IMG/VR virus record: IMGVR_UViG_3300035491_000144
Coordinates: 1 to 37,896 of that record
From: a virus
Lineage: Duplodnaviria > Caudoviricetes
Direction: 5' to 3' (one strand)
DNA: 37,896 nucleotides
In this document: piece by piece, positions 33,876-37,896 of the stretch
Position numbering within the stretch: the first letter of the stretch is position 1
Layout: each line of letters begins with the position of its first letter
The notes under the pieces: generated by a model
Told to the model about the DNA's origin: nothing
Databases searched by the model: none
Seen by the model: only the letters and a program-made list of their open reading frames with translations
Program-made: the position numbers and the translations under genes

Positions 33876-33980
33876 GGCATGGTCGGCAGCCGGGCAGGGC
33901 GCGGCAACGCGCTGGCGGCGGTGCGGGGGGCGGTACGACGCCAGCCGGTAGGGGCTCACGCGCGCGGGCGGCAGCATCGG
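33876..33980. promoter_or_regulatory. Divergent O/P late promoter region with a putative Ogr site
   Basis: GGT-GCGGGGGGCGGT-ACG at 33920-33937; CGCGCGCGGGCGGCAGCATC before P. Confidence 0.65.
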
Positions 33981-33984
33981 CGCC

Positions 33985-35742
33985 ATGAATGCTATCGCTC
34001 AGCCCACACCATTCACCGACAGCCGTCGCCAGGCCAAGTTTCTGTACTGGACGGGCTGGCGTGTCACCGATATCGCCGATTACCTGGGGGAGAAGGAGCG
34101 CACGGTCCACAGCTGGAAGAGCCGGGACGAGTGGGATAGGGCGGATAACGTCGAGCGGATCGGCGGGGCGCTGGAAGCGCGCCTGGTGCAGCTGATCCTC
34201 AAGGACTGCAAGACGTCGGGCGACTTCAAGGAAATTGACCTGTTGCATCGCCAGTTGGAGCGGCAAGCACGAATCCAGCGCTACCAGGGCGGCGGTAACG
34301 AGGCTGATCTAAACCCGAACATCGCCAAGCGCAATGAGGGGCCGAAAAAACAGGCCGTCCGCAACGAGCTGAGCGAAGAGCAGATCGAGACGCTGGTTGA
34401 GGCGTTTCTTGATGGCTGCTATGACCACCAAAAGGATTGGTATCGCGCGGGCAACCAGCGCACGCGGATGATTCTGAAGTCGCGCCAGATCGGCGCGACG
34501 TTCTATTTCGCCCGTGAGGCGTTGATCGATGCGATCACAACGGGGCGCAACCAGATTTTCCTGTCTGCCAGCAAGGCGCAGGCGCACCAGTTCAAGACTT
34601 ACATGCAGGCGTTTCTGAATGAAACGCTGGGGATGAAGCTAACCGGCGACCCTATTGTCCTGTGGAACAACGCCGAGCTGCACTTCCTGGGCACGAACTA
34701 CCGTACGGCACAGGGGCGGACTGGCAATTTTTACTTCGACGAATTTTTCTGGGTTCACGGCTTCCCAGAGATTGCGAAGGTGGCGTCTTTCATGGCGTCG
34801 CAAAAACACCTGCGCAAAACGTACTTCTCGACGCCCAGCTCGATGGCTCACCCGGCCTATATCTATTGGACGGGCGAGCGGTTCAACAAGTACCGGCAGA
34901 AAGCAAACCATATCAATCTGGACGTGAGCCACGACGCCCTGCAGATGGGGCGACGGTGCGAAGACAGAGTGTGGCGGCAGATCGTCACTGTTCTGGACGC
35001 TGAGGCGCGTGGGTACGACAAGTTCGATATCGACGAGCTGCGCATGGAGTACACCGCCCAGGAGTTCGACAACCTGCTGATGTGTCAGTTTGTCGATGAC
35101 GGCGACAGCATCTTCCCGCTGACGATGCTGCAGCCGTGCATGGTGGAGTCGTGGGACTGGCCGGACTTCAAGCCGTTTGCACAACGCCCCTTCGGCGACC
35201 GCCAGGTGTGGCTGGGCTATGACCCTGCCGAGAACGGCGACAGCGCCGGCCTGGTGGTGCTGGCCCCGCCGACGGTGCCGGGCGGGAAGTTCCGGGTGCT
35301 CGATCGCTTCCAGTTCCGGGGCATGGATTTCGAAGCGCAGGCCGAGAAGATCCGACAGCTCACGCAAATCTATTGGGTCACCTATATCGGCATCGACACC
35401 ACGGGCATGGGTACCGGGGTGGCGCAACTGGTGCGCCAGTTCTTCCCCGGACTGCGCACGTTCAGTTACAGCCCCGAGGTGAAAACCCAGCTGGTGATGA
35501 AGGCGTGGGATGTGGTGCGCAAAGGGCGCCTTGAGTTCGACGCGGGCGCCACGGATATCGCGCAATCGCTGATGGCCATCCGCAAGACGATGACGCCGAG
35601 CGGGAAGAGCTTCACCTATACGGCAGGGCGCAGCGAGGCGACAGGTCACGCTGACCTGGCCTGGGCGCTGTTCCATGCGCTGTTCAACGAGCCGTTGGAG
35701 GGTAGAACCACCTCAAACACGGCCATCATGGAGATTTGTTAG
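33985..35742 (+). CDS. P: Terminase large (ATPase) subunit gpP
   Basis: ILKSRQIGAT, FYFDEFFW, GYDPA, GHADLAWA. Confidence 0.97.
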   Translation: MNAIAQPTPFTDSRRQAKFLYWTGWRVTDIADYLGEKERTVHSWKSRDEWDRADNVERIGGALEARLVQLILKDCKTSGDFKEIDLLHRQLERQARIQRYQGGGNEADLNPNIAKRNEGPKKQAVRNELSEEQIETLVEAFLDGCYDHQKDWYRAGNQRTRMILKSRQIGATFYFAREALIDAITTGRNQIFLSASKAQAHQFKTYMQAFLNETLGMKLTGDPIVLWNNAELHFLGTNYRTAQGRTGNFYFDEFFWVHGFPEIAKVASFMASQKHLRKTYFSTPSSMAHPAYIYWTGERFNKYRQKANHINLDVSHDALQMGRRCEDRVWRQIVTVLDAEARGYDKFDIDELRMEYTAQEFDNLLMCQFVDDGDSIFPLTMLQPCMVESWDWPDFKPFAQRPFGDRQVWLGYDPAENGDSAGLVVLAPPTVPGGKFRVLDRFQFRGMDFEAQAEKIRQLTQIYWVTYIGIDTTGMGTGVAQLVRQFFPGLRTFSYSPEVKTQLVMKAWDVVRKGRLEFDAGATDIAQSLMAIRKTMTPSGKSFTYTAGRSEATGHADLAWALFHALFNEPLEGRTTSNTAIMEIC

Positions 35743-36804
35743 ATGAGCAGAAAGCGGAATCGCGGCCGGCAGGTTGCCGTTGCTAAGCCAGCGCTTGAGG
35801 GCGAGGTTTTGACCGGGCAGGGCGCTGCAGGCGCTCAGGCCTTCACGTTCGGCGACCCGGTGCCGGTGCTCGATGGGCGCGAGGTGCTGGATTATTTGGA
35901 GTGCTGGGCCAATGGGCGGTGGTATGAACCGCCGGTTCCGCTGGATGGGTTGGCGCGGTCAACCAAGGCCAGTGTCTACCTGCAATCGGGGCTGAACTTC
36001 CGCCGCAATATGTTGGTGCGGACGTTCAAGCCGCACAGGCTGCTGACCCGCCAGACGTTTGAGCAGTTCGCCATGGACTGGGGATGGAGCGGCAATGCCT
36101 ATCTCGAGAAGAAGGACAACATGCTGCGCCAGGCGATGGGCCTGCAGCCGGTGCTGGCCAAGTATGTGCGGCGCGGTGTGGATCTCGACGACTACTACCA
36201 GGTGCGCGGCTGGAAGGATGAACACGAGTTCAAGCCTGGCAGCATCTGCCACGTGCGCGAGGCCGATATCAACCAGGAAATTTACGGGCTGCCCGAGTGG
36301 ATGGCGGCGCTGCAGAGCGCGCTGCTGAACGAGTCTGCCACGCTGTTCCGTCGCAAGTATTACCAGAACGGCAGCCATGCCGGGTTCATTCTGTACATGC
36401 ACGACGCGGTGCAGGACGAAAGCTTCGTCACCGATCTGCGCGAGGCGATGAAGAACAGCAAAGGCCCGGGCAACTTTCGCAACCTGTTCATGTATGCGCC
36501 GGGTGGCAAGAAGGACGGCATCCAGCTAATCCCCATCAGCGAGGTTGCGGCCAAGGATGACTTCGGCGCAATCAAAAACATCAGCCGTGATGACCTGCTC
36601 GCCGCGCTGCGTATTCCACCGCAACTGATGGGGATCGTGCCGCAGAACGCCGGTGGCTTCGGCTCGATCAAGGACGCCGCCGCCATCTGGGCCATGAACG
36701 AACTGGAGCCCATCCAGGCCAAGCTGCTGCAGGTGAATGAGTGGCTGGGGGAAGAGGTGATCCGCTTCGACGAGTTCAGGCTACCCGGCAACACTGACAG
36801 CTGA
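35743..36804 (+). CDS. Q: Portal protein gpQ (PBSX family)
   Basis: FTFGDP, INQEIYGLPE, ATLFRRKYYQNGSHAG. Confidence 0.97.
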   Translation: MSRKRNRGRQVAVAKPALEGEVLTGQGAAGAQAFTFGDPVPVLDGREVLDYLECWANGRWYEPPVPLDGLARSTKASVYLQSGLNFRRNMLVRTFKPHRLLTRQTFEQFAMDWGWSGNAYLEKKDNMLRQAMGLQPVLAKYVRRGVDLDDYYQVRGWKDEHEFKPGSICHVREADINQEIYGLPEWMAALQSALLNESATLFRRKYYQNGSHAGFILYMHDAVQDESFVTDLREAMKNSKGPGNFRNLFMYAPGGKKDGIQLIPISEVAAKDDFGAIKNISRDDLLAALRIPPQLMGIVPQNAGGFGSIKDAAAIWAMNELEPIQAKLLQVNEWLGEEVIRFDEFRLPGNTDS

Positions 36805-36907
36805 TCAAGAGCGAGTTGGCTGGTGGCCGTAGACCGCCGGACACTTATCTAGTGGGTGTGGTGAGCACTCGACCAGCCAACTGCTGAACAAATCATACCC
36901 ACGCATG

Positions 36908-36930
36908 AACCGCCCTCGGGCGGTTTTTTT
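36908..36930 (+). terminator. Intrinsic terminator after the P-Q operon
   Basis: AACCGCC-CTCG-GGCGGTT followed by a T run. Confidence 0.88.
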
Positions 36931-37182
36931 GTTTCTGGGCGGCCTAAAAAGAAGGCCTCTGTATGTATGAAGTACCCCAGTTAACCATGCCATAGCAGTG
37001 CTTTTCAGTCCATTAAAAAATGCCTCTAGCCCAGCAAATACGGGGCTTGTAGACGAATGGCGCGCGGCGCGAGCGGGGCGAGCAGCGCACCCAGGTCGCG
37101 GCAGGGCCAGCCCGACGTGACCCGGCGCCCGAGCCAGTCCGCCAGGGGGGGGGGCAGGGGGTAGCAGCACCCGGCGCGCGCA

Positions 37183-37201
37183 GTCTTCCCCCCTCCACGC
37201 C
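37183..37201 (-). other. Putative cos (cohesive end) site
   Basis: Minus strand GGCGTGGAGGGGGGAAGAC followed by TGCGCGC, similar to P2 cos GGCGAGGCGGGGAAAGCAC; located downstream of Q. Confidence 0.8.
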
Positions 37202-37380
37202 TGCCCGCTAAACGTGTCGGAATTACTGCATGCCCGCGCAGGGCTCCAGACGGCCCAGGCTGGGGGGTACATGCAGCGTTCAGGCTGTGCCAGCACCCTG
37301 CGAATCCCTGCAAGGACGGCCTCATGTAGGGGCGTTTCGGCACCTTCCTACTCAATCTGGCAGAGACGGTATCTGGAATG

Positions 37381-37655
37381 GGTAATTTTGGTAATGAGAT
37401 GGTCTGGCAGCGCTGGAGGCCCCGAAAATACTGGGCTTGAGCTATTACCTTGGCTGGTGATTCTGGGTAATGGCAAAGGTAATTTTTCTGCAAGCTGCTG
37501 ATTTTAAAGGCTTTTCATTTTCCGATTTATGACCAGCTCTAAGGGTAATCTCATAACCTTGTGATTACTGATTTATTACCTTTCTAACTAACCTATAACC
37601 CATTGAAAACACTGAGGTTCAGCCGCTTCCAGTCGTCGAGATTACCAAAATTACC
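37381..37655. repeat. AT-rich iteron cluster, putative replication origin
   Basis: Nine exact GGTAAT/ATTACC copies bounded by the perfect 15-bp inverted repeat GGTAATTTTGGTAAT. Confidence 0.65.
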
Positions 37656-37729
37656 TTTTTCCTTTGCCTCAAAATAAATCCGTGTAGAATGCCGCCGCCT
37701 GCGGTGCTGAGCGCCCGTGCTCGTTCTCA

Positions 37730-37750
37730 CTGGGAACAAGCTGGGAACAG
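37730..37750 (+). promoter_or_regulatory. Putative integrase arm-type binding sites (right)
   Basis: CTGGGAACAA / CTGGGAACAG at 11-bp spacing. Confidence 0.65.
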
Positions 37751-37819
37751 ATTCACGCTCACACACGCGCAACCATTCACGTGAATCAAGGCCTCCAGGC
37801 TAGTCGCGGGGGTAGTGGT

Positions 37820-37848
37820 GAGTTCGAGTCTCTCCGTCCGCACCATCT
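37820..37848 (+). repeat. att core, right copy
   Basis: Identical 29-mer to 81-109. Confidence 0.97.
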
Positions 37849-37896
37849 TACAAATCCCCCCGCATTGCCGCCTGCTTCTAGGGTGACTTCTTAATA

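Larger units (their letters stand above)
81..37848. mobile_element. Complete P2-like (phiCTX-type) prophage
   Basis: 29-bp att direct repeats, integrase, repressor switch, P2-order head/tail/lysis genes, P2-like cos. Confidence 0.97.

Noticed and set aside
36817-36879. tRNA-like fold with a CTA (amber) anticodon loop
   Set aside because: Too short, with no canonical T-arm, D-arm or CCA end; kept only as a generic structured element.
36958-36973. LexA box (CTGTATGTATGAAGTA)
   Set aside because: The right half-site CAG is missing and there is no convincing downstream gene.
36805-37501. ORFs of 163, 155 and 95 aa, or a ctx-like toxin cargo near cos
   Set aside because: They overlap the terminator, cos and iterons, have non-coding composition and show no recognisable motifs.

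Overview
The window is one apparently complete P2-like (phiCTX-type, Peduoviridae-like) prophage of about 37.8 kb in a GC-rich, Pseudomonas-like host. It is integrated into the 3' end of tRNA-Leu(TAG) (22-106) and bounded by a perfect 29-bp direct repeat (81-109 and 37820-37848). From left to right it holds: a tyrosine integrase; a leftward early operon with an orphan HicA-like protein, a stand-alone DndC-like PAPS-reductase-family enzyme, an ASCH protein, DUF2786, an Nmad5-like protein, a helicase-domain paralog, a Zn-finger/TOPRIM primase-helicase, Ogr, and CII-like and Cro/Cox-like regulators; the repressor followed by envelope-targeted moron genes; the P2-type tail, lysis, head and packaging genes; a P2-like cos site; and an iteron-rich putative origin. 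The main unexplained pattern is a five-copy element that punctuates the early accessory region (4956-8254). Each copy is a hairpin with a variable stem and an invariant CGGCAA loop, followed by an identical 21-nt RBS/start block. Also notable are the DndC-like/ASCH/HicA-like module and two possible decoy paralogs, one of the helicase ATPase domain and one of the repressor C-terminal region. Family assignments come from motif recognition by eye; no searches were run.
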